A stretch of 40,000 nt of DNA. It comes from an uncultured Clostridium sp. (GTDB taxonomy: Bacteria > Bacillota > Clostridia > TANB77 > CAG-508). Of the stretch, positions 1-9,158 are shown piece after piece. The position numbers and the translations under genes are program-made. Under the pieces are notes generated by a model. It was given only the letters and a program-made list of their open reading frames with translations, made no database searches and was not told where the DNA came from. Where the stretch lies: the NCBI GenBank assembly GCA_900556135.1, contig USNR01000006.1, positions 2,458 through 42,457 on the forward strand, in the 5' to 3' direction. The stretch's first letter is position 1, and every line of letters starts with the position of its first letter.

Positions 1-1363
1 CATTTTCTTCTTCCTGAGGTGTTTCCTGTTGCTTAAAAGCAACTACATTTTTTTCTAATCTTTTTTCTGTTTTATCGTTGTTATATAGTAATTTATTTAT
101 TTCTGAATATATTGCCTCTTTAGAAACATCATAGTCCCTCGAAATTTTATCTATATAAATTTCTCGTTCCATGTTATTGTTTATTCTTGACAATATTTTT
201 GCTACTTCATTTAAGAATTTTATCTTATCATTTACTACATCTAAATTTAATTCTTTTTTTAGCATTTTAACTTTAAATTCTACTAATGATATAGCTTTAT
301 CAACATAGTTTTGAAATCTGTCAACACCATATTTTACAACAAATTCATCAGGGTCTTTTGCTCCTTCAATTTGTAATATTCGAATATCACACCCCAGATT
401 ATTTAATATTTCTAATCCTCTAAGGGTTGCAGCTTGTCCTGCACCATCGGCATCATATCCGATAATTACTTTTTCACAACTTCTTCTTAGCAATCTTCCC
501 TGAGCTTCAGTAAGTGCTGTTCCTAAGGATGCCACGACATTGTGTAATCCTCTTTGATGTAGAGATACCGCATCCATATATCCTTCAACCATTATTATAG
601 TTTTTGGTCTTTCATTTTTTGCAACATTCATTGCATATAAATTTCTACCTTTACTATAAACAATATTTTCTGGTGAGTTTATATACTTAGGCTTACTATC
701 ATCTAGTACTCTGCCTCCAAAAGCTATTACTTTATTTCTAACATCTAAAATTGGAAACATCAATCTATTTCTAAATCTATCTATGTATCTTCCTTCTTGA
801 TTTCTATTTACCAAATTAGATGCTAAAATTTCTTCATCACCAAAGCCCTCGCTTTTTAGATGTTTATATAGTTCATCAAATCTACCAGAATACCCTATTA
901 AGAACATTTTTAATGTTTTATTGTCTAGATGTCTTTTCTTTACATATTCTTGAGCAAGCTTAGCTGTTGGCTTATATAAATTTTCATGATAGAATTTTGC
1001 AGCACTTTCATTTACTTTGTAAACTTTTTCTTTAAGTTTTGCTACTCTATCATCACCAGTTCCTTCTAAAACAGGTAATTCTATGTTAGCTCTTTGTGCT
1101 AATATTCCAACTGCCTCTCTAAAAGTAACATTTTCTATCTTACTTATAAATCTAAAAACGTCGCCACCAACATTGCACCCAAAGCAATGAAAAATCTGTT
1201 TATCGGCCGACACAGAAAAAGAAGGTGATTTTTCCTTATGAAAAGGACATAATCCAAAAAAACTTCTTCCACTTCTTTTTAAATTTACATATTCAGACAC
1301 TATATCTACTATATCGTTTTTACTCTTTATTTCCTCTAATAATTCATCACTATATCTCACCAT
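1..1363 (-). CDS. dnaG: DNA primase DnaG, partial (C-terminus runs off the left edge)
   Basis: Absent from the ORF track because the frame is open at the window edge. My translation from the ATG (complement of 1361-1363) reads MVRYSDELLEEIKSKNDIVDIVSEYVNLKRSGRSFFGLCPFHKEKSPSFSVSADKQIFHCFGCNVGGDVFRF. That is a CHC2 primase zinc finger. It is followed by a TOPRIM-like MVEGYMDAVSL...IGYDADGAGQAA. Confidence 0.9.
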   Translation of the reverse strand, partial: MVRYSDELLEEIKSKNDIVDIVSEYVNLKRSGRSFFGLCPFHKEKSPSFSVSADKQIFHCFGCNVGGDVFRFISKIENVTFREAVGILAQRANIELPVLEGTGDDRVAKLKEKVYKVNESAAKFYHENLYKPTAKLAQEYVKKRHLDNKTLKMFLIGYSGRFDELYKHLKSEGFGDEEILASNLVNRNQEGRYIDRFRNRLMFPILDVRNKVIAFGGRVLDDSKPKYINSPENIVYSKGRNLYAMNVAKNERPKTIIMVEGYMDAVSLHQRGLHNVVASLGTALTEAQGRLLRRSCEKVIIGYDADGAGQAATLRGLEILNNLGCDIRILQIEGAKDPDEFVVKYGVDRFQNYVDKAISLVEFKVKMLKKELNLDVVNDKIKFLNEVAKILSRINNNMEREIYIDKISRDYDVSKEAIYSEINKLLYNNDKTEKRLEKNVVAFKQQETPQEEEN

Positions 1364-1493
1364 TATTTAGGCAACCTTTCTCTATATTAGTATATATTCG
1401 ACATAAAACCCTCAAATCCTTCTATGAGGCTTTAAATTTCTACACAACAAAAAATTAACGGATGTTTATTCCGCTAATTTTTCTTGTGATTTA

Positions 1494-2072
1494 TTACATT
1501 GCATTAGTACCTGTATTTCCACCATCAAATGGTATGAACTTACTTACTATATTCTCGTTTGGAGTAACATTATTTAAATTTCTATGTTCTTCAAATGATA
1601 CGTTTATTTTGTTGTCTATTAATTGTACAACTTCTGGCTCTGTTGCGTGTTCTGCTAAAACTAATTCACTAACTAATATTTGTTTAGCATTATTTAGCAT
1701 TTTCTTTTCTCCTGTTGATAATCCTTTTTCTTTTTGCTTATAACTTAGATTTCTTACAACATCTGCTATTTCGTAAACGCTACCACTTTTCATTTTATTC
1801 ATATTTTCTTGATATCTTTTATTCCAGTTGTTAGACATTTCTGTTTCACCAGCTTCTAACACTTCTAATACTTTTCCAGCTTCTTCTTTATTTATAATAT
1901 TTCTTACACCTATTTGCGCTGCTTTTTCTATAGGTACCATTACCTTTACTTCACCAGGCATTTTTATTATATAATAATCTTGCTTTTCTCCTAAAATATC
2001 TTTTTGTTCTATTGCATCTATTGTTCCAGCTCCGTGCATTGGATAAACTATTTTATCTCCTACGTTAAACAT
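1494..2072 (-). CDS. carD: CarD/CdnL-family RNA polymerase-binding transcription regulator
   Basis: The N-terminus MFNVGDKIVYPMHGAGTIDAIEQKDILGEKQDYYII is the typical CarD_CdnL_TRCF domain signature. The length (192 aa) is plausible. Confidence 0.8.
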   Translation of the reverse strand: MFNVGDKIVYPMHGAGTIDAIEQKDILGEKQDYYIIKMPGEVKVMVPIEKAAQIGVRNIINKEEAGKVLEVLEAGETEMSNNWNKRYQENMNKMKSGSVYEIADVVRNLSYKQKEKGLSTGEKKMLNNAKQILVSELVLAEHATEPEVVQLIDNKINVSFEEHRNLNNVTPNENIVSKFIPFDGGNTGTNAM

Positions 2073-2164
2073 ATATGCATTACTCCTTTCAATGTAAATA
2101 TAGGTTTTAGTTCAATAAAGGTTTTCTAAAAATCTCTCATCAACTACGTTTCTATTATAACACA

Positions 2165-2199
2165 AAAAATGGTAAAAGTCAAAGACTTTACCATTTTTT
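2165..2199. terminator. Bidirectional rho-independent terminator downstream of dut
   Basis: The hairpin is aaaaaatggtaaaagtc/gactttaccatttttt. It has A-runs on one side and T-runs on the other. Confidence 0.55.
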
Positions 2200-2348
2200 A
2201 TTTTTGAATTTTGTAGGTTTTTTTCATATTTTTCTTATATATTTTAAGCTTTCAATGTCCTCAAATCACGCTAATACAGCGTGTTTTATATTTTACCAAA
2301 TTGTTCTTTTATTTTTTTAGTATTTTTGTTTATTTCTTTATTGTAACA

Positions 2349-2813
2349 TTATTTGTTGTAAGTAGAACCAAATCCGCCTTTTCTTTCTCCTTCTGCTGAA
2401 TCATCATCTGTAACATAGAATTTTTGAAAAATTGCTTGTCCTATACAATCACCTTTTTTGATTTCTGTGTCTGTGTCCTTTATATTGTAAAAAGCAAACA
2501 TTATATGTCCATCATTATCTTCATTTCCATAGTAGTCCTTATCCACTATTCCTACACTATTAGCTAATATTAATCCTTTTTTCTTTGGATTAGAACTTCT
2601 ATTATATAAGCATAGCATTTCGTCATCTTGCATATATGCTTTAACTCCAGTTTTTATAAGAGTTGGTGCCATTCCTGGTTTAAATGCTGGTACTATTGTA
2701 TCTTCAGCAGCCTCTACATCATATCCTGCTGAATACTTTGTTTTTCTAACTGGTAAATTTATTTCTTTATCTTCAAATCCTTTTGCTACTTCAAATCCTC
2801 TTGTTCTTCCCAT
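2349..2813 (-). CDS. dut: dUTP diphosphatase (dUTPase)
   Basis: Recognised motifs are GYDVEA, GIVDKDYYGN and a C-terminal RKGGFGSTY. The size (154 aa) is typical of trimeric dUTPases. Confidence 0.85.
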   Translation of the reverse strand: MGRTRGFEVAKGFEDKEINLPVRKTKYSAGYDVEAAEDTIVPAFKPGMAPTLIKTGVKAYMQDDEMLCLYNRSSNPKKKGLILANSVGIVDKDYYGNEDNDGHIMFAFYNIKDTDTEIKKGDCIGQAIFQKFYVTDDDSAEGERKGGFGSTYNK

Positions 2814-2939
2814 ATTTTATCACATACCTTTCTTTATTCTTTGTAAATTTTCTCTTTTGTATTTTTATCATTTAATAAAATAAAAGTCAAGTATTATTTT
2901 TCTCTTTTTTGAGTATAATATTTTCTTTATCACAAAGCC

Positions 2940-2968
2940 TTGTAAAACATACATTTGTGTGGTACAAT
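2940..2968 (+). promoter_or_regulatory. Sigma-70-type promoter of tyrS
   Basis: TTGTAA (2940-2945), a 17-nt spacer, then TGg-TACAAT (extended -10, hexamer at 2963-2968). It lies about 30 nt upstream of the tyrS ATG. Confidence 0.5.
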
Positions 2969-2999
2969 ATACATCAAATTGATAATTGGAGGAATTTAC

Positions 3000-4214
3000 A
3001 TGAGAAATGTTTTTGATGTTTTAGAAGAAAGAGGATATGTTGAACAAATGACTCATCCCGAAGAAATAAAAAAATTATTTGGAGAAAAATCTGTATCTTT
3101 TTATATTGGAATAGATCCAACTGCGGATAGTTTGCATGTAGGACATTTTGTTTCTTTAATGGTAGCTGGTCATATGCAAAGATGTGGTCATAGACCTATT
3201 ATTTTAGTTGGTGGTGGTACTGCCGTAATTGGTGATCCTTCAGGAAAAACAGATATGCGTAAGATGCTTTCAAGAGAGACTATAGAAAATAACGTTAAGG
3301 GTATAAAAAAACAAATCGAAAAATTTGTTAGCTTTGAAGGTGAAAACGCTGCTATTATAGTTAATAATGCTGATTGGCTTTTGGATTTAAAATTTGTTGA
3401 ATTTATGCGTGAGATTGGTTCTTTGTTCTCAGTTAACAAAATGCTTGCAGCCGAGTGTTATAAAACTAGAATGGAAAATGGCTTAACATTTTTTGAGCTT
3501 GGTTATATGCTTATGCAATCATATGACTTTTTACATTTATATAATGAGTACGGATGTAAACTACAAATGGGTGGAAACGACCAATGGTCTAACATTATTG
3601 GTGGTGTTGAATTAATTAGAAAAATTGGTAAAGATGATTCTTATGGTTTAACATTTAAACTTCTTACTACAAAAGAAGGCAAAAAGATGGGTAAAACTGA
3701 AAAAGGTGCTTTATGGCTAGATCCAGAAAAGACTTCTCCTTATGAATTTTACCAATATTGGAGAAACATTGAAGATGAGAGTGTAAGGAAAGTTCTTTGT
3801 CTACTTACATTTTTGCCAATGGAAAAAATTAATGAATTAACATCAGTTAATGATGAAAGAATTAATGAAGCCAAAAAAGTTGCAGCTTATGAAATTACGA
3901 AACTTGTTCATGGAGAAGAAGAAGCTAAAAAGGCTGAAGCTGCTAGCAATGCTTTATTTGAGGGAAAAGGCGATTTAGAACATATGCCTACTGTAAAATT
4001 AGAAAATCCAAATTGTTCTATATTAGATGCAATTATAGCTTCTGGAATTGCCCCTTCAAAATCTCAAGCTAAAACTTTAGTTGCTCAAAATGGTATATCT
4101 TTAAATGATAATGTTATTTCAGATACAGGTTATACCTTGTCTGATACAGATTTTAAAGAAGGTTATGCTATACTAAAAAAAGGTAAAAAGATATTCTATA
4201 AATTAGTAAAATAG
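3000..4214 (+). CDS. tyrS: Tyrosine--tRNA ligase
   Basis: It has the HIGH motif (LHVGHF), a KMSKS-like KKMGKTEKG, and a C-terminal S4-like domain. I moved the start to the ATG at 3000 (MRNVFDVLEERGY), which follows GGAGG. The track start at 2955 adds a non-conserved leader. Confidence 0.92.
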   Translation: MRNVFDVLEERGYVEQMTHPEEIKKLFGEKSVSFYIGIDPTADSLHVGHFVSLMVAGHMQRCGHRPIILVGGGTAVIGDPSGKTDMRKMLSRETIENNVKGIKKQIEKFVSFEGENAAIIVNNADWLLDLKFVEFMREIGSLFSVNKMLAAECYKTRMENGLTFFELGYMLMQSYDFLHLYNEYGCKLQMGGNDQWSNIIGGVELIRKIGKDDSYGLTFKLLTTKEGKKMGKTEKGALWLDPEKTSPYEFYQYWRNIEDESVRKVLCLLTFLPMEKINELTSVNDERINEAKKVAAYEITKLVHGEEEAKKAEAASNALFEGKGDLEHMPTVKLENPNCSILDAIIASGIAPSKSQAKTLVAQNGISLNDNVISDTGYTLSDTDFKEGYAILKKGKKIFYKLVK

Positions 4215-4276
4215 AATTTTCTATGTAATGTATTTTTATATAATAAGAAATTTTATAATTTTCCTATTACATAAAT

Positions 4277-4314
4277 CAAAAAAGAGTGATTCTTTGCAAA
4301 ATCGCTCTTTTTTG
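4277..4314. terminator. Bidirectional terminator between convergent tyrS and mnmA
   Basis: The hairpin is caaaaaagagtgatt...aatcgctcttttttg, with one G-U position and A/T runs on both sides. Confidence 0.7.
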
Positions 4315-4324
4315 ATTATATATA

Positions 4325-5410
4325 TTAACAAATTATACCTCCGCCTATTACAATGTCACCATCATAAAATACTGCTGATTGTCCACTTGTGATTCGTGGT
4401 TGTTTTTCATCAAATTTTACTTTTATCGTATTTTCATCTTGCATTGTTATTGTTGCTGACGCCTCTTTATACGAATATCTCGTTTTTACAGATACTTTCA
4501 TCTCTCCTTTTACCAAATCTACTGCTTGTAAGTTTATATCTCTTACTAGCATTTCTTCTTGATACAACTTGTCTTCTTCTCCCACTATCAATTCATTTTT
4601 CTCTATGTTATATCCAATAACAAATAATGGAACAGGATTAGATATTCCTAAACCTTTACGTTGACCTATTGTATATTTATATAATCCAGTATGTTTTCCT
4701 AACACTTTTCCATTTACATCTACAATATTCCCTTCCTTTGGCTTTATATCTGAATTTTCTTCTAAAAACTTTTTATAGTCGCCATCTGGAATAAAGCATA
4801 TATCTTCACTATCTGGCTTGTTTGCCACCATAAATCCGTTTTCTTTAGCTATTTTTCTTATTTCATCTTTAGATTCATAATCTCCTAACGGAAAAACAAC
4901 TTTGTCAAGCATTTCTTTTGGAATAACATAAAGAACATAGCTTTGGTCTTTTGCTAAGTTTCTTGCCTTTTTTAAAACATTTCTTTTATATTTTTCGCTA
5001 TACTCAACCTTTGCATAATGACCTGTGGCAATTTTATCTATCCCCATCTTCTTTGCCTTTTCATACATTGTTCCAAATTTTAGATATCTATTGCATCTAA
5101 TGCAAGGATTTGGTGTTCTGCATTTTTTATATTCACATATAAAATCATCTATTACTTTATCTTTAAATTCAGATTTAAAATCAAGTGTATAATGCTCTAT
5201 ATTAATCTTATTGCATATTTTTTTTGCATCTAACATTGAGTCTAAATTACAACAAGCTCCTCCATCCCATAAGCTCATTGTAAGTCCCACAACTTTATAT
5301 CCTGCTTCTTTTAATAATAATGCTGATACAGAACTATCAACTCCGCCACTCATTCCTAATAGAATACTTTCTTGATTATTGTTTTCCATATTATTTATAT
5401 TGCTTTCCAT
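4325..5410 (-). CDS. mnmA: tRNA 2-thiouridine(34) synthase MnmA
   Basis: It has the PP-loop LGMSGGVDSSVSA, the catalytic-cysteine context NPCIRCN, and a typical length of 361 aa. Confidence 0.9.
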   Translation of the reverse strand: MESNINNMENNNQESILLGMSGGVDSSVSALLLKEAGYKVVGLTMSLWDGGACCNLDSMLDAKKICNKINIEHYTLDFKSEFKDKVIDDFICEYKKCRTPNPCIRCNRYLKFGTMYEKAKKMGIDKIATGHYAKVEYSEKYKRNVLKKARNLAKDQSYVLYVIPKEMLDKVVFPLGDYESKDEIRKIAKENGFMVANKPDSEDICFIPDGDYKKFLEENSDIKPKEGNIVDVNGKVLGKHTGLYKYTIGQRKGLGISNPVPLFVIGYNIEKNELIVGEEDKLYQEEMLVRDINLQAVDLVKGEMKVSVKTRYSYKEASATITMQDENTIKVKFDEKQPRITSGQSAVFYDGDIVIGGGIIC

Positions 5411-5453
5411 TCTTAACTACATTCCTCTCGCTTAATGTTTATTTACTACTAAT

Positions 5454-7223
5454 CTATTCACCTTGTGATTTTAATCTTAAGTATCCTAACTCGTTCCATT
5501 CATTATATGCTAAGTTTAATCTAAATACTAGTTTTGGCTTACTACCAGCTCTGTTTTTATCTACTATACAAGAATAATATCTCACATCTGGATCTTCAAA
5601 CTTTTCTAAATCAAAAAACTTTGTGTCCACTTCATTTAAAGAATATTCGTATTTTCCTAAATCTTCATTATGAATTTGTTTAAACAAACATAGTGTATCT
5701 AAAACTTCTTTTACTGTTCTGCTAACGGCTAAATCGTTTATATTTAGGTTTATTGGATCTGTATTTGTTTCTGCTAATTGTAATGTAGATGCTATAAACA
5801 TATTAAAGTTTTGAGCCAAATTTGAAAGTATTGTTGCTGTTCTTTTTATTTCTTCGCCATTTCCAATGTTATCTATATCAGTCTTTAATGTGTCATAAAA
5901 TACATATTCAACTTTTTCTTTATAGTAGTAATTCATTATAACCTTTTTCAATTCATCGTTTGTATGATCTGTGATGTTTATAAAATACATATAATTGCTT
6001 ATCTGTTTATTAAACCAGTCTGTTACAGCTGTAGTCATTTTAAACTCTTTAGAAATTTTAAGTAATCTTTTAACAAAATCTGCATGAGATTCTCCTTCTT
6101 CTTGAAGTATAAATCCATCTTCATCAACATTTGCTAAACTCTTATCATCTGGTCTATATTTAAACTCTAAAAGTTCTCCCTCTGTTTTATGAAGCTTTTG
6201 GCCATGTAATTCCTGTATTGCTGGACTATTTACTATTGTTGTTATTAAACATAACTTCATCTTTTCTTCTGACATTTCATTTGATATTATTAGCACTTTT
6301 TTCTTATGGATTAAGGCTATATATGAAGCTACATTAATTGTAAATCTACTCTTACCAGAGTTTGAAGGCATAGCAAATGCCATTGTTTCGCCTTGTCTTA
6401 CTCCTTTAAACACACTAGATAAGATTTTAAATGGTAACTCTAATCCATTTGTTAATGTATTATTTCCTTGAACTAAAAAATCTGTAATATTCTCATTTAA
6501 AATAGCTCTCTTAAATTTTTCTGTAACAGTTATTTGTTCTATAGCACTTTCAACTTCTTCAATAGACATTTCGTCATATAATTTGTAATCTAAAATCCCT
6601 GCAATTTCTCTTTGTATTGTTCTAACTGGAATAGCCAAATAGCTTTTTCTTATAACAAATAACTTTTTTAATTCTGTATATACACTCTCCATGCTTTCTT
6701 TAACTTCGTTATATTCTGCTTTTAGTTTTGCCTTTAATCTATCTATTTCTGGTGTTTTCTTAGCAAAGTTAAAACCTGCCTTAGCAGCTTCTGGAGCATA
6801 TTTTTCTGCATCAGTGAAAATTACAGTTTTATATATATTTAAAATATCATCATTAACAAAATAACATTCGTCATATTTAAAATAATACACAGCAATCGCT
6901 TTTACCTCATTAAGCAACATTCCTATATACTTTCTTTCTAATTCATCATCAGCTAAAGCAGGAGGATAACCTATATCAAAATTTTCTTCTTTACTAGCCT
7001 CTTCCCTTTCTTTTCTTTCTTGTTCCTCTTTTTCTTCGTTTTCTCTTCTTTCTATTTCTTGAAGTCTTTTAATTGCTGGTAGAGCTTCTAGTAAATTATT
7101 TTCATCAAGTTTCCTTTGTATATTCTCAATCTCATCTCTATTTTTATCTGTTACTTTAATCTTATCAACAATGCTTCTTATTTTTTCAATTTGACTTTCC
7201 ATAAAACCTATTCTCCCTTTCAT
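5454..7223 (-). CDS. Divergent DnaB-family (RecA-fold) helicase-like protein with an N-terminal coiled-coil, Glu/Lys-rich extension
   Basis: The Walker A context is FAMPSNSGKSRFTINVASYIA, followed by LIISNEMSEEKMKLCL (compare DnaB F.SLEMS..QL). Degenerate equivalents of later DnaB motifs follow: VFYDTLKT, STLQLAE, VSRTVKEVLDT, VDKNRAGSKP. A DnaB-N-like block ERKYIGMLLNEVKAI is also present. The start could instead be the second ATG at 7202. Confidence 0.6.
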   Translation of the reverse strand: MKGRIGFMESQIEKIRSIVDKIKVTDKNRDEIENIQRKLDENNLLEALPAIKRLQEIERRENEEKEEQERKEREEASKEENFDIGYPPALADDELERKYIGMLLNEVKAIAVYYFKYDECYFVNDDILNIYKTVIFTDAEKYAPEAAKAGFNFAKKTPEIDRLKAKLKAEYNEVKESMESVYTELKKLFVIRKSYLAIPVRTIQREIAGILDYKLYDEMSIEEVESAIEQITVTEKFKRAILNENITDFLVQGNNTLTNGLELPFKILSSVFKGVRQGETMAFAMPSNSGKSRFTINVASYIALIHKKKVLIISNEMSEEKMKLCLITTIVNSPAIQELHGQKLHKTEGELLEFKYRPDDKSLANVDEDGFILQEEGESHADFVKRLLKISKEFKMTTAVTDWFNKQISNYMYFINITDHTNDELKKVIMNYYYKEKVEYVFYDTLKTDIDNIGNGEEIKRTATILSNLAQNFNMFIASTLQLAETNTDPINLNINDLAVSRTVKEVLDTLCLFKQIHNEDLGKYEYSLNEVDTKFFDLEKFEDPDVRYYSCIVDKNRAGSKPKLVFRLNLAYNEWNELGYLRLKSQGE

Positions 7224-7269
7224 TTGTAAAACTTTATACTAAAGATTTTATCATAAATTTCACAAGAAT

Positions 7270-7301
7270 AAAAGGGGCTTAAAAAATTTTTAAGCTCCTT
7301 T
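7270..7301 (-). terminator. Rho-independent terminator after the 607-aa membrane protein gene
   Basis: On the minus strand the hairpin reads aggagcttaaaaa/tttttaagcccct, followed by TTTTATT. It overlaps the stop codon. Confidence 0.55.
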
Positions 7302-9123
7302 ATTCTACTTTTGAAAACAATACTTCATTATTACTATTAAAAATAATTTTATACATTGTTTTTTCTTCTATATCTTCATTTTCAAATAAATCCTTGTAAT
7401 CTCTCTCCAAAAATCTATCCCTTGTATTAACAAACACATATGAATAATTCTCATTTCTTAATATGTTTGTAAATTCATCTTTTCCCATAGTCAGTTTAGA
7501 ACTTTTATTTCCAATCCTTAATGGTAAAAACTCGTATTTTACTATTGTTATTTCCCTTCCATCAACCAAATTACTTATATAATACACTTTAGCATCTTTA
7601 TCAATCATATCTGAATATTTTAAAATTCCTGTATATTTTTCTCTATAAGCAATTCTTGCTTGTTGGTTCGTTTTATTTTGAATATAATTCTTGTTTATCG
7701 TATCAATTGGTAAAAACGTAATCATTATTGCCAGAATTATAAACATATATGATGTTTTCAAATTTTTATCCTTATAGTTTTGTTCAATCATAAAAATATT
7801 TATAATAGTTATTGCAAATGGGATTGCAGATAAATATCTTTCATAACATGCTAAGATAACTGCCTCTTCTGGTGTAAATATAAATAGAAAAATTAATAAT
7901 AATCCAAATATACAAATCCCCCAAAATATCAGCATAGCAATAGATATAATTGCAAAAGTTTTTTTACTTTTTTCATCCATAAAAAATACATAAGAAATTA
8001 TATCAAATCCAATCAAAAACATAGCTAAGTTAATGACATTCATTTTCCTAGAAGTTAATGTTCCTGACCACAAAAACAGTTCATTTACATATCTCTTGAT
8101 AGTCGTTTTTTGATAATATTCTCCATTACCACTTAATACATCTTTAATTTTTGAAATACTAATATTTTCCATATTCCACTTGATATTTGCATCATTAATA
8201 TTAAGCTTTATCAACCATGCACCATAAAAAATTAGAACTCCTGCTATAACTATAAGCAATAATTTTATATTATCTTTTCTATCTTGTCCTTTTTTTCTGG
8301 TTAATAATATGTTAAGTCCAAATATAATTATGGCTACAATAACATATGCAATTCCTATAGATTTAGATAAGGTCATTGCTATGCATCCTAAAACAACAGA
8401 AGCTTTTTCACCTTTTTCTGCTATGTTTATCCAACTATAAATAACATATGCTAGCATACAAGCTAGAAATCCATCCATAAACAATGTTATATAGAAATTA
8501 TCATAAAACATTATTGGAAGCAATAATATTATTGGTATTAAAACTACTAATTTTTTTAGGCTTTTATCCCATTTAATATTTCTTAGTAATGGAATTATGA
8601 AAGATGCATATAGTATGTTTAATGCAATTATAATTGTATCTTCTGAATATGCCCTTTTTATAATTAGCATAAAATATTGAAAAATGCTTATAAAAGGTGG
8701 ATACTCGCTATATTCTATAATATCTCCAATTCCAAAACTTCCACATTCGTACATGTTTTTTACTATTAATCCCCAATGTGAAAACTCATCAAATTCTTGA
8801 AACAATATTCCTTTATTAAATAGTACAAAAATTAAATATAGTAGAGCATATACTACCACTCCTGGTGTAAGTATGTCGTCTTTTATATTTATTGATTTTC
8901 TATTTTTTATATAAGAATAAATTATATAAATCATGCAACATAGAGTAATTGCCATTACTGCAATTACTCCATATATAAGCTTATTAAATATTCCAAATAC
9001 ATATATTGCGAGCACAATTTCAATAACTGAAATTGGTATACTTACTTCAATTTTTGTTTTCGTTTTTATAGTTAATGCAATTGAATTAATTAAAATAATT
9101 ATAAATGTAAATATATATTCCAT
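7300..9123 (-). CDS. Polytopic integral membrane protein (about 13-15 predicted TM segments plus a ~130-aa soluble C-terminal domain); possibly a GT-C-fold glycosyltransferase-like protein
   Basis: The translation is dominated by hydrophobic helices. A loop motif FQEFDEFSHWG follows the early helices, reminiscent of the acidic loop of GT-C enzymes; that reading is inference only. An RBS (AAGGAAAAA) precedes the ATG. The gene starts 35 nt downstream of the pilin-like gene on the same strand. Confidence 0.55.
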   Translation of the reverse strand: MEYIFTFIIILINSIALTIKTKTKIEVSIPISVIEIVLAIYVFGIFNKLIYGVIAVMAITLCCMIYIIYSYIKNRKSINIKDDILTPGVVVYALLYLIFVLFNKGILFQEFDEFSHWGLIVKNMYECGSFGIGDIIEYSEYPPFISIFQYFMLIIKRAYSEDTIIIALNILYASFIIPLLRNIKWDKSLKKLVVLIPIILLLPIMFYDNFYITLFMDGFLACMLAYVIYSWINIAEKGEKASVVLGCIAMTLSKSIGIAYVIVAIIIFGLNILLTRKKGQDRKDNIKLLLIVIAGVLIFYGAWLIKLNINDANIKWNMENISISKIKDVLSGNGEYYQKTTIKRYVNELFLWSGTLTSRKMNVINLAMFLIGFDIISYVFFMDEKSKKTFAIISIAMLIFWGICIFGLLLIFLFIFTPEEAVILACYERYLSAIPFAITIINIFMIEQNYKDKNLKTSYMFIILAIMITFLPIDTINKNYIQNKTNQQARIAYREKYTGILKYSDMIDKDAKVYYISNLVDGREITIVKYEFLPLRIGNKSSKLTMGKDEFTNILRNENYSYVFVNTRDRFLERDYKDLFENEDIEEKTMYKIIFNSNNEVLFSKVE

Positions 9124-9158
9124 TTTATTTTTCCTTATTGAACTTAATTTATGTTTTA

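Noticed and set aside
1225-1743. Plus-strand ORFs of 77 and 93 aa, and the many similar 60-140-aa ORFs antisense to long minus-strand genes (for example 4396..4620, 8933..9175, 13351..13644, 19935..20255, 20689..21045, 21360..21791, 30443..31499, 34145..34813, 36710..37021).
   Set aside because: They are low-complexity, Leu/Phe/Ile/Ser-rich shadow frames of well-supported genes on the other strand. None has an RBS or a recognisable motif.
2260-2290. Hairpin cacgct-aatac-agcgtg followed by TTTT on the plus strand, about 60 nt from the dut stop, considered as a plus-strand terminator or sRNA end.
   Set aside because: There is no plus-strand gene or convincing promoter upstream. The stem is only 6 bp. 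It is probably incidental, or part of the dut 3' UTR.
2814-2999. T-box leader upstream of tyrS, which is common in Firmicutes.
   Set aside because: Only about 185 nt separate dut and tyrS. A promoter sits about 30 nt before the ATG, and neither a specifier/T-box sequence nor a terminator/antiterminator is visible.
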